64,000 bases of DNA, taken from the IMG/VR virus record IMGVR_UViG_3300005512_000015. The stretch is one strand, 5' to 3'. The notes beneath the pieces were generated by a model. The model had not been told where the DNA came from. It saw only the letters and a list, made by a program, of their open reading frames with translations, and did not search any database. Made by a program: the position numbers and the translations under genes. The DNA comes from an uncultured virus (IMG/VR IMGVR_UViG_3300005512_000015). Taxonomy: Duplodnaviria; Heunggongvirae; Uroviricota; Caudoviricetes. Of the stretch, positions 28,982 through 38,605 are shown piece after piece; positions within the stretch are counted from its first letter, which is position 1; each line of letters opens with the position of its first letter.

Positions 28982-30544
28982 TTAGATACCAAGTTCAGCA
29001 TAAAGTTTATCTATGTCTGAATCAAACGGATCAGCTTTTGTTTTATCCGATTCTATCACTTTTTGAATGTCTTCCCTTACTATTTGTTTTACTTCTTGAT
29101 TTGCAAATTCCTCCGCATCTTTTTGTTTAGTTGGAGTAATAATACCAAAGTCTTCGGTAATATCACCTGTTGTTTTTATTGATGATGGGTCCATCAAATC
29201 AATACCAGCAATGTCAGTACCAGCATTTTGAATAAGCATATCATGGAACCTCATGTGTTCATAATCGATATTCATCATCCAAGTATCGGTACGACCAGCA
29301 AAACGGTTTTTAGTTACTTTACAAACAATTTCTTTTCTTTCCTTCATTTCTTCGTTCTGTAATAAGAACATTAAGAAGTCAGCCGTCATAACAGTACCCA
29401 TAGAATCAGATACGTTAGCATTGTCAGCGTCATCAATATTGTTTGTAGCACTACGGTTAAGCTGTGATGCTGAAATAATAGGAACACCCATCTTTTTAGC
29501 ACTTGCTCTAGTTTCTTCAGCAATAGATTTGATGTAACTATACAGACCAGCTGATGGACTCAATAGATCTGATTTCATAATACCAATGTAATCCACGAAT
29601 ACAGCATCAAACTCAATACCTTTTTCAATTTTATAAGACTCAACTAGTTGTTCTAGCATAAGTGGACTAAACGCACCACTTGGATAATCCTTAACGAAGA
29701 ACTTACCACAAGTACCTTCAGTTTTCATTTTGTTATAAGCCGATAATACCATTTCTTTAGTTACTACTGGACGATCAAGTTTATTTAGTTCACCTTGAGT
29801 TTTACTAAGATCTAGCAAAGAGTTGATAGGTAGATCCATAGCATTAGCATGTACTCTTTTCATGATTTCTTTATCTGCCATTTCAAGAGATATTAAAAGA
29901 ATATTTTTATTCTTTTTAATCATACCTGAAATAAGGTCAGTCATTAACAAAGACTTACCAACACCTGAAGCAGCAAGAATAATTGACAAAGTACCAGGCA
30001 AGAAACCAGGACCAAGTCTTTTATTCATTTCGTCATGTTGAGTACGAATACCAGTCATACGCTCTGAATAATATTCGATCATTTCATCAATGTCATCAAA
30101 GTCAAGACCAAGATCAGTATCAATACTAATCTTAGCACGTTCATCCATGATTTGTTGAGCTTTTAGTTTCAGATTGTCATCTTTATTCATAAGACCATCT
30201 GAACCAACTTGTAGAGCTTCCATGTACATAGCATCTTTAACCCAAGATACTGTTTCATCGCACATAAATTCAACATTTTGTACTTCTTCAGTAGTATTAA
30301 TAGCTTGAAGAGATTTAATGATTTCAGCTCTGATTTCAGCATTAGAAACATTTTTAACAGAAGCAACCAATTCAGTAAGTGATGGTACCGCGTGATACTC
30401 ACCAAAGTAATCTTTTACCAAATTGAATAACTCTTGGTTACCAATGTCATTGAAATATTTTTTCTTAAGAATTGGCATTACTTTACCAAAAAACTCACCA
30501 TTATGAGTAAGTTTTTTTAATAGAATTGGTTCAAATTCTGTCAT
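28982..30544 (-). CDS. gp41: Replicative helicase gp41 (DnaB-like)
   Basis: ASGVGKS, ISLEM, VDYIGI, SQLNR, KNRF. Confidence 0.95.
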   Translation of the reverse strand: MTEFEPILLKKLTHNGEFFGKVMPILKKKYFNDIGNQELFNLVKDYFGEYHAVPSLTELVASVKNVSNAEIRAEIIKSLQAINTTEEVQNVEFMCDETVSWVKDAMYMEALQVGSDGLMNKDDNLKLKAQQIMDERAKISIDTDLGLDFDDIDEMIEYYSERMTGIRTQHDEMNKRLGPGFLPGTLSIILAASGVGKSLLMTDLISGMIKKNKNILLISLEMADKEIMKRVHANAMDLPINSLLDLSKTQGELNKLDRPVVTKEMVLSAYNKMKTEGTCGKFFVKDYPSGAFSPLMLEQLVESYKIEKGIEFDAVFVDYIGIMKSDLLSPSAGLYSYIKSIAEETRASAKKMGVPIISASQLNRSATNNIDDADNANVSDSMGTVMTADFLMFLLQNEEMKERKEIVCKVTKNRFAGRTDTWMMNIDYEHMRFHDMLIQNAGTDIAGIDLMDPSSIKTTGDITEDFGIITPTKQKDAEEFANQEVKQIVREDIQKVIESDKTKADPFDSDIDKLYAELGI

Positions 30545-30578
30545 GTTGTTCCTTTACAGCTTTATTTAATTTAGAGAT

Positions 30579-30600
30579 ATTATACCATAAGTTTAGTTAA
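30579..30600 (-). promoter_or_regulatory. TTAA-N12-TATAAT promoter of the helicase
   Basis: Repeated motif. Confidence 0.65.
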
Positions 30601-30779
30601 AAACCAATCAAATTCCATCCATGATTTGCAATAGCGTTTAAAATAATAAACAGACCGACTATTAATTCAAAGATAATGAAACTAGTTCTGATTAGTGCAA
30701 CCTTGTCAGCCTTATGATCTTCATCGAATGCTTTGCTTCCAAGCGCTTTAGCCCAGATTCTCCACATTAGATGTTCCAC
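30597..30779 (-). CDS. Small membrane protein
   Basis: WRIWAKALG..AD.VA.IRT followed by a TM segment. Confidence 0.7.
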   Translation of the reverse strand: MEHLMWRIWAKALGSKAFDEDHKADKVALIRTSFIIFELIVGLFIILNAIANHGWNLIGF

Positions 30780-31015
30780 TCTTTCTTTTTAACGTTACTC
30801 ATAATGTCTTTTAATGTATCTTCTACACAATCATCACAAAGTTCAAAAGACCAAGTTTCACCGTCAAATTTAGATCCAAAACCAAAATCTATAGCAATCT
30901 CATTGATGTCTGACCACATCATTTCTGTTTCACCTTTTGCTGTTTTACCACATTTATCACAGCATACCGAAACAACATTTTTATGTTTTACGTAAATGTC
31001 TTGTGTTACTTTCAT
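30767..31015 (-). CDS. Small Zn-ribbon protein
   Basis: CDKCG...LCDDC. Confidence 0.7.
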   Translation of the reverse strand: MKVTQDIYVKHKNVVSVCCDKCGKTAKGETEMMWSDINEIAIDFGFGSKFDGETWSFELCDDCVEDTLKDIMSNVKKKEWNI

Positions 31016-31028
31016 AGATTAATCCCTT

Positions 31029-31958
31029 CTAATAGCAGCAATCATTGATAGCTTTTGTTACTTTTTGAACTTCTGCCATAATAGCATTAAAGTCAACTTT
31101 ACCTTGAACCTTGTATGTGAATGCGTGCATATGACCAATTGTTCTGTTACCAGTTAGTATTTCACGTAAATCATCTAGTTGAGTATTTGTATAAGATGTG
31201 TCTTGGTTAATCCTAACCTTAACAATACCCCATTCATTGATGCCAATTACAAAGTGTTTTCCTTCTCTCATTTCTTTAACAAGAATTTGATTAAACCATT
31301 CTTGAACAAATGCCACCGTAATATCACCAGCTCTATGAATTAGATTTCTATTTTCATATGATTTTAGTGCTTTGTCAAATTCAGTTGCAAATTGACTTAC
31401 TGCTGATTTGTAATTGTCTGGTAATTTATAACCATCTTCAACTATTTTATATGCTAGATCAGTTGTACCGAATCTCCAAAAATACTCATTTAAGTCTTGA
31501 GATACATCAAAATATGGAGACTTAACTTGCCATAAATCATAAACGTCAATTAGCGTTGATAAATTATCTAAGTTTTGGTTTTGACCTTTATTACCCAAGT
31601 ACTCGTTACAAAGAAGTGTAGCACTTTTAGTCTTATCCCATACAACTTTCATATTAGGAAAGTCATCCCAAAAACCATCCGGATATAAGTGATGGTCAAT
31701 ATGAGTACACTTATTAAACGTGTCATACAATGTTTTTAGTGCTGGCTTATTGTCAGCAAATGAAACATCCGGAATAACAATATTAGTATTACCATTTTGA
31801 GCTTGGTATCTAACAATGTCATCAACAATTTCATTAATATTTGCGTAATTCGTATGGTAATATCTTTTCTTCACAGTTGGGAACTTGTACTCTAAGTTGA
31901 TCATACAACCTAGAGCATCAAGATCGTTATGTGTAAAGACAATTAGCTCGTCTTTCAT
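31029..31958 (-). CDS. DHH-family phosphoesterase
   Basis: THNDLDALG, IDHH, SAT, YDLW, GHMHA. Confidence 0.85.
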   Translation of the reverse strand: MKDELIVFTHNDLDALGCMINLEYKFPTVKKRYYHTNYANINEIVDDIVRYQAQNGNTNIVIPDVSFADNKPALKTLYDTFNKCTHIDHHLYPDGFWDDFPNMKVVWDKTKSATLLCNEYLGNKGQNQNLDNLSTLIDVYDLWQVKSPYFDVSQDLNEYFWRFGTTDLAYKIVEDGYKLPDNYKSAVSQFATEFDKALKSYENRNLIHRAGDITVAFVQEWFNQILVKEMREGKHFVIGINEWGIVKVRINQDTSYTNTQLDDLREILTGNRTIGHMHAFTYKVQGKVDFNAIMAEVQKVTKAINDCCY

Positions 31959-31960
31959 TT

Positions 31961-32179
31961 TTAGCCTTTTTTCATGAATTTAAAATTAGTCACAATGTCA
32001 CTAAGCTGCTGTTCTGACATTTTGTATGTGAAGAAATCCCATGAACAATATGGTTCATCGTTTTTCCAACATCGAGCTCGCTTTAGTGCTTGTACAACTC
32101 CGTTTGTAAGTTTATTCTGTTTATTAAGCATTTCTAATTCAAGCATAATACTGTCGAATTCTTTCCACGTCTTAGTCAT
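31961..32179 (-). CDS. Hypothetical protein
   Basis: ORF within the operon. Confidence 0.6.
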   Translation of the reverse strand: MTKTWKEFDSIMLELEMLNKQNKLTNGVVQALKRARCWKNDEPYCSWDFFTYKMSEQQLSDIVTNFKFMKKG

Positions 32180-32180
32180 T

Positions 32181-32564
32181 TTATTTTCTCTTGTTCAGTT
32201 CGTACTCTTCGTACATTGTTATGATTTCAGATAACTCTTTGTCATCCATGAGATCCAAATATTCCTGAGCTTTTTCCTCGTTAATTTTAAAATGCTCAGA
32301 AACATATTGAATTTTTTTAAGCTTATCCTGAGAAACGTTTTTTGGATAAGGTATATATTTTACTTTTCCAGCGAACGCATGTTTTACCATCCAGTACTGA
32401 TTTTCAATTGGTATATCATCGTATATATTAATGGCATTAGCTGCAATAATAGTATGAGGATTACCCGATAGCCATTTGCAAAAAATGTAAGAAGGTACCT
32501 TTTGAATTTCTTCAATTGAAGGTTTTTTCTTAGGATCGATTGCTGAAGTAAGTGTCTTAAACAT
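32181..32564 (-). CDS. gp62: Clamp loader small subunit gp62
   Basis: YIFCKWLS, AN.IN, QY, HFKINEEKAQEYL resemble gp62. Confidence 0.75.
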   Translation of the reverse strand: MFKTLTSAIDPKKKPSIEEIQKVPSYIFCKWLSGNPHTIIAANAINIYDDIPIENQYWMVKHAFAGKVKYIPYPKNVSQDKLKKIQYVSEHFKINEEKAQEYLDLMDDKELSEIITMYEEYELNKRK

Positions 32565-32584
32565 GTATTTCCTTATTTTCTATT

Positions 32585-32606
32585 ATTATATCAAGTACTT
32601 TATTAA
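32585..32606 (-). promoter_or_regulatory. TTAA-N12-TATAAT promoter
   Basis: Repeated motif. Confidence 0.6.
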
Positions 32607-32629
32607 AAAGTACTAAAAATAAATCTGGA

Positions 32630-32806
32630 TTAATTTTCAAAATATTTTAATGTTTCTTTTAAAGTTCTACGTTTCAAAAATAGATTTTCTAATTCATCCA
32701 TTGATTCATGATCAATTGAAGATTCACTCATTGTTTCAATAACAATTTCGATTTCAAATTCAATATTATTAAGAGCTATTGCTAACTCTTCAATTGTTTC
32801 GTACAT
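32630..32806 (-). CDS. 58-aa acidic hypothetical protein
   Basis: Not in the track; MYETIEELAIALNN...; AAGGA SD. Confidence 0.55.
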   Translation of the reverse strand: MYETIEELAIALNNIEFEIEIVIETMSESSIDHESMDELENLFLKRRTLKETLKYFEN

Positions 32807-32815
32807 GTTTTTTCC

Positions 32816-33748
32816 TTACCAGTCATCTAGTTCTTGAGTTTCTTTTTCTAAGTCATAGTTCATTGGTTCAACCATAAGCATAAGAGGTTTTAAGAAATTC
32901 TTTTCAAAGTTTGTGTCATAATCAACACAATCACATTTTGCGATTTCATTTACAAAACTATCATTAGTAAACGCCACAATATTACTGTTGAACATGTTGG
33001 GCGTTTGTAAGAAGATACGTTTACATTTGTCTCCAGCTTGGATAGGTGCAAATTTATCAGTAAGATTGTTTTCTTCAATGTACATGTTATGACGTAAAGC
33101 AGCACGTGAACCAATTGGAACAGTATCTTTTTCAAGGTCATAATCAAGACGTGATACACCACCAACTGCTGCAATCATATTAAGATCAACAGTAGTAAAT
33201 TCCTGTTTGATATCCTTTACCCAATTGCGTAGATCAGATTCATCTTTATCCAAGATGTGCGGAATAGCTTGCTTAAGATATTTTTGAGACCATTTGGGTG
33301 TACTTGACTTAATAATTTCAAGACCCATAACTTTAATCTTAGGTGAATCACTTGGATAACGAGTACCTTCATTATCTCTTACACGAGCGTAGTACTTTTT
33401 CTTAGCAGTGAATACGGCAGCATCAGCAATGATTTCACGTTCACAACCAATTTTATCACGATTGTATGCATTCAATTCATCAGCAAAATCCTCAATAGTC
33501 TTTTGAATAGTTGGTTGAATAACCTTTTGCTCAAAGTTATCAGCCCAAGTAACATACTCATTAATATCAAGACCAGGGTTTTTAGCCATATACATTTCTA
33601 CAAAAGGCTCGATGTGATAGTATACGGAATTATGTACCAAAATATTATTACCAAAAAAGTTATGATTGCCTTCCACTTCTATATCATATACCCATTCTTC
33701 TTGAATGCCTAAATCTTCAATTTCAAAATTATCGCAAACTTCCATCAT
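32816..33748 (-). CDS. gp43: Split-intein C-half (about 40 aa) fused to DNA polymerase B C-terminal part
   Basis: VYDIEV..NHNFF.NNILVHN/SVY; AKKKYYA, KVMGLEIIKSSTP; ends LDDW. Confidence 0.93.
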   Translation of the reverse strand: MMEVCDNFEIEDLGIQEEWVYDIEVEGNHNFFGNNILVHNSVYYHIEPFVEMYMAKNPGLDINEYVTWADNFEQKVIQPTIQKTIEDFADELNAYNRDKIGCEREIIADAAVFTAKKKYYARVRDNEGTRYPSDSPKIKVMGLEIIKSSTPKWSQKYLKQAIPHILDKDESDLRNWVKDIKQEFTTVDLNMIAAVGGVSRLDYDLEKDTVPIGSRAALRHNMYIEENNLTDKFAPIQAGDKCKRIFLQTPNMFNSNIVAFTNDSFVNEIAKCDCVDYDTNFEKNFLKPLMLMVEPMNYDLEKETQELDDW

Positions 33749-33777
33749 TCATATCCTTTATATCCGTTATATGCTTT

Positions 33778-33799
33778 ATTATATCATAAGTTTATTTAA
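33778..33799 (-). promoter_or_regulatory. TTAA-N12-TATAAT promoter of IntC-pol
   Basis: Repeated motif. Confidence 0.6.
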
Positions 33800-34478
33800 A
33801 TTTACAATTATCGAAGTGCCATTGTTTCATCGCGCTACCTTTTCCTTCTTTTCCACAATGTGGGCATTTAACCGTTGGTTGATTTTTAAGTCTTTTCTTT
33901 GCGGCCTCTGACATTTTCTTTTTTTGTTCTTCGGATTTAGGTTTACCTTTCATTTTTTTAGAAAGGCTTTCTGCTTGTTTTGCTTTAGCTTGTTTACCTT
34001 CTTCCGTTTCTAACCATTTTTTGTTGGCTTCTATGATTTTTTTCTTTGCTTCGGGAGTATGTGTTTTTCCATACATACCATTCTTTTCCCCCTTTGAGGC
34101 ACGTTTTTTATTTATTTCATCTATTTCTTCTTGGGATTTTCCATTTTTCCAAAGTGCTTTACCAAAATTTGAGTTATTTTCTCCAGATGAATCAATGTGT
34201 GAAAACGAACCAAAACCGCCCAACGTCATATTATATGACATTTTATCATTCACGACATCTTCTGTTATCAATTCATTTTCCTTTTCTTTCATTTCTTCAT
34301 CAGTTTTGAACACAAAAAGAACTTCTTTTTCGAAGTTTTCTTTACCGTATTTTTCTATTGCTTTTTTCAATGCCACGCCTGAACCCAAATAATTATCATT
34401 CGGGTTTTTTGTTCTATGCATCCCTATATAATACTTTCCGTTTGTTTTGTTTATTGTTTTGTATATTGTGTAATTCAT
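33792..34478 (-). mobile_element. Free-standing GIY-YIG (Seg-like) homing endonuclease with NUMOD3 repeats
   Basis: IYKT.N..NGKYYIG, YLGSG, YN...GG, NGMYGKTHT, C-terminal CPHC. Confidence 0.92.
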
Positions 34479-34483
34479 ATAAT

Positions 34484-34491
34484 TATTTATA
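34484..34491 (-). promoter_or_regulatory. Late promoter TATAAATA, 5 nt before the endonuclease ATG
   Basis: Exact motif. Confidence 0.7.
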
Positions 34492-34496
34492 TGGAA

Positions 34497-35171
34497 CTAA
34501 ACTGAATCGGTAACAATTTTGATTAATTTATCTGATTTCAACACATCTTTTGGTTTTATTTCAATAAGTTTATCATCACGTACCACCATCATAGAGTGGT
34601 CTTCGGTAATAGTAACTTCATCACCATTGCATTTGATTTTATACATTCTTTTTTTAACTTTATGCTTCATAACATAGTTGATATTGTTATATTGTAATTC
34701 TTTATCCTTTGAAACTGAAGCAGCTTTAATTGGTATTTTTACATGCTTAATAAAGTTATGTTTACCACGAACCTCGATATCACCATCTAAATCTTTATAT
34801 AAATCTTCTATTGGAATATCACCATTATTTGTTTTAATTAATGTCGACCCTATTACTGAATCAGTATCACCATAAACAATATAAGGCTTTTCAGATGCGT
34901 GTAGCTTTTGAAGTGTTTCCTCAATATACTTAGCTAGCTTTTGGATAAAGTAACGACCATTACCGGTGATAGCTGCAGCCATTTCTTCATTGAACAGCGG
35001 GAACCACCGATTGGCCATGGCACCGTACAATGAGTTGATCATTGTTTTTTCAACTAATTGCTTAGTGTTATATAACGATTCACCATTTTGAGCTTGTTCA
35101 AGTAGTTCCTCGAGTTCTTCTTTGGGTAAAGACCGTAATTCATCTTCAGTATATTCTAATACGTTTTTCAT
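34497..35171 (-). CDS. gp43: DNA polymerase B middle part (motifs B and C) fused to a 120-aa split-intein N-half (34500-34859)
   Basis: KTMINSLYG, YGDTD/SVIGST, intein block B ITEDHS. Confidence 0.93.
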   Translation of the reverse strand: MKNVLEYTEDELRSLPKEELEELLEQAQNGESLYNTKQLVEKTMINSLYGAMANRWFPLFNEEMAAAITGNGRYFIQKLAKYIEETLQKLHASEKPYIVYGDTDSVIGSTLIKTNNGDIPIEDLYKDLDGDIEVRGKHNFIKHVKIPIKAASVSKDKELQYNNINYVMKHKVKKRMYKIKCNGDEVTITEDHSMMVVRDDKLIEIKPKDVLKSDKLIKIVTDSV

Positions 35172-35377
35172 ATCTTTCCTTCTAAATCCATATTAGTAAT
35201 TATATCATAGATTTGATTAAATTCTAGTTCATCTTTGACTTTCCAATTGCATGGTTTACATAGTTCCATGCTTACAGTCTTATGTGTTTTTTGTTTATAG
35301 AAATGATGAAGGCCTTTAGCCTTTTTGCATCTCGGACAAACTTGTGTTTCTTTAGATTTTTTCATGCTGTTATCCAA
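35168..35377 (-). CDS. Small Zn-finger protein
   Basis: CPRC...CKPC. Confidence 0.65.
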   Translation of the reverse strand: MDNSMKKSKETQVCPRCKKAKGLHHFYKQKTHKTVSMELCKPCNWKVKDELEFNQIYDIITNMDLEGKI

Positions 35378-35658
35378 TCAAAGTCTGTTTGCATCATTAT
35401 TGTTTCTGAGCCATCATACTCTTGAATTATAAATTTTGTATCAATTGGAACCCAGATTATTTCAATATCTTCAATTCCACCACTATATATTTGTCTTTTA
35501 TCGGCTAGTCTGCGAGCCTTTTCATATTCTTTTTTGATAAACAATTGATTGAAATCTGGATCAAGCGGAGAAACATCTGACCAAGTACTCCAACCTGCAC
35601 CAAACCCTCTAGACACGGCTATTGCAACTTCTTCGTAATCATTAATAATTCTATCCAT
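35362..35658 (-). CDS. Conserved phage hypothetical protein
   Basis: S.GFGAGWSTW, F.I.EYDGSE. Confidence 0.75.
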   Translation of the reverse strand: MDRIINDYEEVAIAVSRGFGAGWSTWSDVSPLDPDFNQLFIKKEYEKARRLADKRQIYSGGIEDIEIIWVPIDTKFIIQEYDGSETIMMQTDFDWITA

Positions 35659-35668
35659 TTTATATCCT

Positions 35669-36226
35669 TTACCATCTTTCAAATTTATTCAAATTTTCCA
35701 TAAACTTATCTGGAAATATTTCCCAAATAGTTTGGTTTATTCCTCTATAATCCATTTCTTTAACTTTTTTAACTACATCTAACTTAGCGAGAGTTGGAAA
35801 ATAATATTTGTGAACCAATCGCTGACTAGCATCTTTACTATTATTAGATGTTGCAAAAACTCTACCTCTTCCATTTACCCATTCTAAACAAGCCGGTGTA
35901 AGGAATTGATCAGTGAGATTTTGATGTTGAGCTATTAACTTTTTTGGTGTTATTAAACCATTTGATGGTCTAGCTTCACCAAATGTACATACTCTAGTAA
36001 GTATTCTATATGTATTTGGACCCATAACATCATCAAAAGAATGAGCTGCAACACTTCCTATAGGGATAAAATTTTGATAAAGAATCCAAGCATTCCATTC
36101 GCGTTCGTTGCGAAAACAATCAATCATAGCGGCCTGACTGGAATTATTAACAAACCCCTTTTCAGCTGCTTTCTTATAAAATGATGTTAGGTTTAAATCT
36201 TCTGACCATTCAATCATTTTATACAT
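35669..36226 (-). CDS. Hypothetical protein, possibly GNAT-fold
   Basis: WILY....IGSVAAH, YRILTR; fold call is a weak inference. Confidence 0.6.
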   Translation of the reverse strand: MYKMIEWSEDLNLTSFYKKAAEKGFVNNSSQAAMIDCFRNEREWNAWILYQNFIPIGSVAAHSFDDVMGPNTYRILTRVCTFGEARPSNGLITPKKLIAQHQNLTDQFLTPACLEWVNGRGRVFATSNNSKDASQRLVHKYYFPTLAKLDVVKKVKEMDYRGINQTIWEIFPDKFMENLNKFERW

Positions 36227-37817
36227 GTTGTTCCTTTAAGATTTGTTTGATTAGTACTGCTTGACGCTCATACTTAAACTGTTCTTTCTTAGCTTTTTTA
36301 CGAGAATCATAAATATCTTGTACCATTTCTGGTACCATACCAAGCTTGTCTTTGCTGAAGACCGCACCATTAATACCAAGTGCCATGTTGTTATCTTTTA
36401 GACATTGTGTTATAGCTTCCCATACTTCGGGTGGTAAATCAAGACGCTTTTCTTCATCTTGGTCATTGAAGTACTGCATAACAATATCTCGTAACTGATC
36501 AGGCAACTTATATTTAGGAATGTATGTTTCAGGACTCATGTTGAAACCAACCATACCAAGTAGCGGGTACATTGAGTTAACATCGGCAGAAACTACCCAT
36601 TTATGTTTACCTTTATTAGGATCACGAACATAACCACCTACAACATGTGGATTATCAAATTCAGTACGAGCCGGCATAACTTGGTTTGATAACATAGATT
36701 TGTTGTTAATGTATTGAGACCAAGGTTTTACTGTACCCATAGAGTCACCAATTTGAACACCCATCTTTTCTGAAATCATAGTCATAAGTACAGTAAAGTT
36801 TAGCTTTTCATCCAACCTACGAATAAGATATGTATCTTTAATACCATAGTAAACGAATTCAGAATGTGCCAATTCTTTTACTTCATCAGTATTACCAGCA
36901 ACTGCTGCTTGATAAATCTTAGATGCTTTTTGTTCATCGGTAGGATTATTAGGAATGATGTACTTACCCGTGTAAAAGTCATCAAATGCTGCATATTCAG
37001 TATGTTGTACTTTGTTTTCACCAAGCTCGATTTCAGAGATAGTATCAAGTGAATATGAAGGACGAGGAGCAAAAGTAAACTTTTTGTAGACATCCATAAG
37101 ATCAATATAGAAATGACCATCAGCATTTACGTTGAATTCAGTACGACCTTGAAATTCAGATTCTTTGTAAGATACTGAACCATAGTTTGATAGACGATCA
37201 GTTGCCATACCGAGATTTTTAAGACGATTATAGATGTAAGGGTAATCGAATCCTTTACCATTCCAAGCATAGATTACAAGTGGATCAAGCTTTTCAAAGA
37301 TGTTTAGATATGTTTCCAGTAAGTGTACTTCATTATCACATTTGATGTACTTAACGTCATAGTCAAAATTGTAATCAGATTCATGTTGCCAGTCGCGTAG
37401 ACCAAGTACAAACATAACTTTGGCTTTTGAATCATAGAATTGCATTAGTGAAATAGGTTCAGCTGCTTTTTCAGGAACTGGGAAACCTGTACTACAAGTA
37501 CCAACACGTGTTTCAATATCCAGATACCAGATTCTTGGGTCAACTTGATATTTGTCTTGATTCCAGTAGTTGTCACGAATATTACGATACATTGGATCAA
37601 GAAATCCATAGTGTTCACGACCTTGTTTAGCATTACCTTGCTTTTTGTCAAGTTTGATAGAGTCATCAAGGATGTAAGTATACAAACCACGCGAAGATGG
37701 TTCATACCATTCGTAGGGAAGATTGATTTTCTTTTTCATTGAACGACCTAGTTGGTCATCATAGTAACGCTCATAAAATTCATAGCCATCACGCCACGTA
37801 GATTCAAATAAATTCAT
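36219..37817 (-). CDS. gp43: DNA polymerase B N-terminal part (3'-5' exonuclease and motif A; gp43A-like)
   Basis: LDIET, WN...FD.PYI, SYSLD, Y.IKD, GGYV, DVNSMYP, SPET; ends in the fingers domain. Confidence 0.95.
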   Translation of the reverse strand: MNLFESTWRDGYEFYERYYDDQLGRSMKKKINLPYEWYEPSSRGLYTYILDDSIKLDKKQGNAKQGREHYGFLDPMYRNIRDNYWNQDKYQVDPRIWYLDIETRVGTCSTGFPVPEKAAEPISLMQFYDSKAKVMFVLGLRDWQHESDYNFDYDVKYIKCDNEVHLLETYLNIFEKLDPLVIYAWNGKGFDYPYIYNRLKNLGMATDRLSNYGSVSYKESEFQGRTEFNVNADGHFYIDLMDVYKKFTFAPRPSYSLDTISEIELGENKVQHTEYAAFDDFYTGKYIIPNNPTDEQKASKIYQAAVAGNTDEVKELAHSEFVYYGIKDTYLIRRLDEKLNFTVLMTMISEKMGVQIGDSMGTVKPWSQYINNKSMLSNQVMPARTEFDNPHVVGGYVRDPNKGKHKWVVSADVNSMYPLLGMVGFNMSPETYIPKYKLPDQLRDIVMQYFNDQDEEKRLDLPPEVWEAITQCLKDNNMALGINGAVFSKDKLGMVPEMVQDIYDSRKKAKKEQFKYERQAVLIKQILKEQHV

Positions 37818-37847
37818 GTCTTTCCTTCGTTTGTTTTAATATAGAGT

Positions 37848-37869
37848 ATTATATCAAGTCGTTGGTTAA
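37848..37869 (-). promoter_or_regulatory. TTAA-N12-TATAAT promoter of the polymerase
   Basis: Repeated motif. Confidence 0.65.
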
Positions 37870-38490
37870 TTTTTTTGGGATTTTATTAATGTGTGATATA
37901 GAACCAATTGGCTGATCTGGATTTACGATAACGCTTGGTTTAACTTCTTGAATAAATTTATGTAGAGTCTGATTAATGCCTGGCCAATTGCTACAATGAA
38001 TTAATATTGAACCGCCAAATTCTAACTTATTATAAATTTTATATAGTTGCTTATTAAACATATCGATTAGTTTGTCGCCATATCTATTTTGCATTTCTGT
38101 GCTTGGAGTGGCATCCCAAAATACTACATCGAAGTCTAAGTTAAAATCAAATTCATTTAAATCTGCATTTAAAATTTTGGCGTTATAACCGATTTTTAAA
38201 TAGTCCATTATTATTTTTAGTTTAAAGTCAAATGAATCATCTATGTCTATAGAGTATATTGGGACGTTTTTATTTGAATATGACAATAATATTGTTGTTC
38301 CGCCTTTTTCTCTTCCTGCTTCTAAAATACCAACTTTAGAGTTTTTTGAAATTCTATAAAGATATTCAATTTCTTTTGGATCAAGTCTAATAAATTCTTT
38401 GCCGATTACATTCAATTGAGTAATATTATAGTTAGAATATGAATCATCGTATGAGGTTCTACCGCATGCCTTTAATTCATCTAATTCCAT
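37849..38490 (-). CDS. Class I SAM-dependent methyltransferase (Methyltransf_24-like)
   Basis: ILEAG...GGTT, IYSID, FDVVFWDA, L..GG.I.IH. Confidence 0.75.
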   Translation of the reverse strand: MELDELKACGRTSYDDSYSNYNITQLNVIGKEFIRLDPKEIEYLYRISKNSKVGILEAGREKGGTTILLSYSNKNVPIYSIDIDDSFDFKLKIIMDYLKIGYNAKILNADLNEFDFNLDFDVVFWDATPSTEMQNRYGDKLIDMFNKQLYKIYNKLEFGGSILIHCSNWPGINQTLHKFIQEVKPSVIVNPDQPIGSISHINKIPKKLTNDLI

Positions 38491-38605
38491 ATTTCACCCA
38501 TTATATATCATTCTGTTCATTATTTACGGGTTTTCATGATTCATGAACGTTTAGAATTGTTGAACACTACAGGACGATAAGATGATATTTTGGTATATAA
38601 TCCAT

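Noticed and set aside
33749..34496. Group I intron around the endonuclease gene
   Set aside because: Flanking spacers are only about 18 and 43 nt, too small for a ribozyme core; intein motifs explain the split
17816..37860. Identical C-terminal DLI in ORFs ending at 17816 and 37849
   Set aside because: Forced by the overlapping promoter sequence GACTTGATATAA(T); not a protein motif
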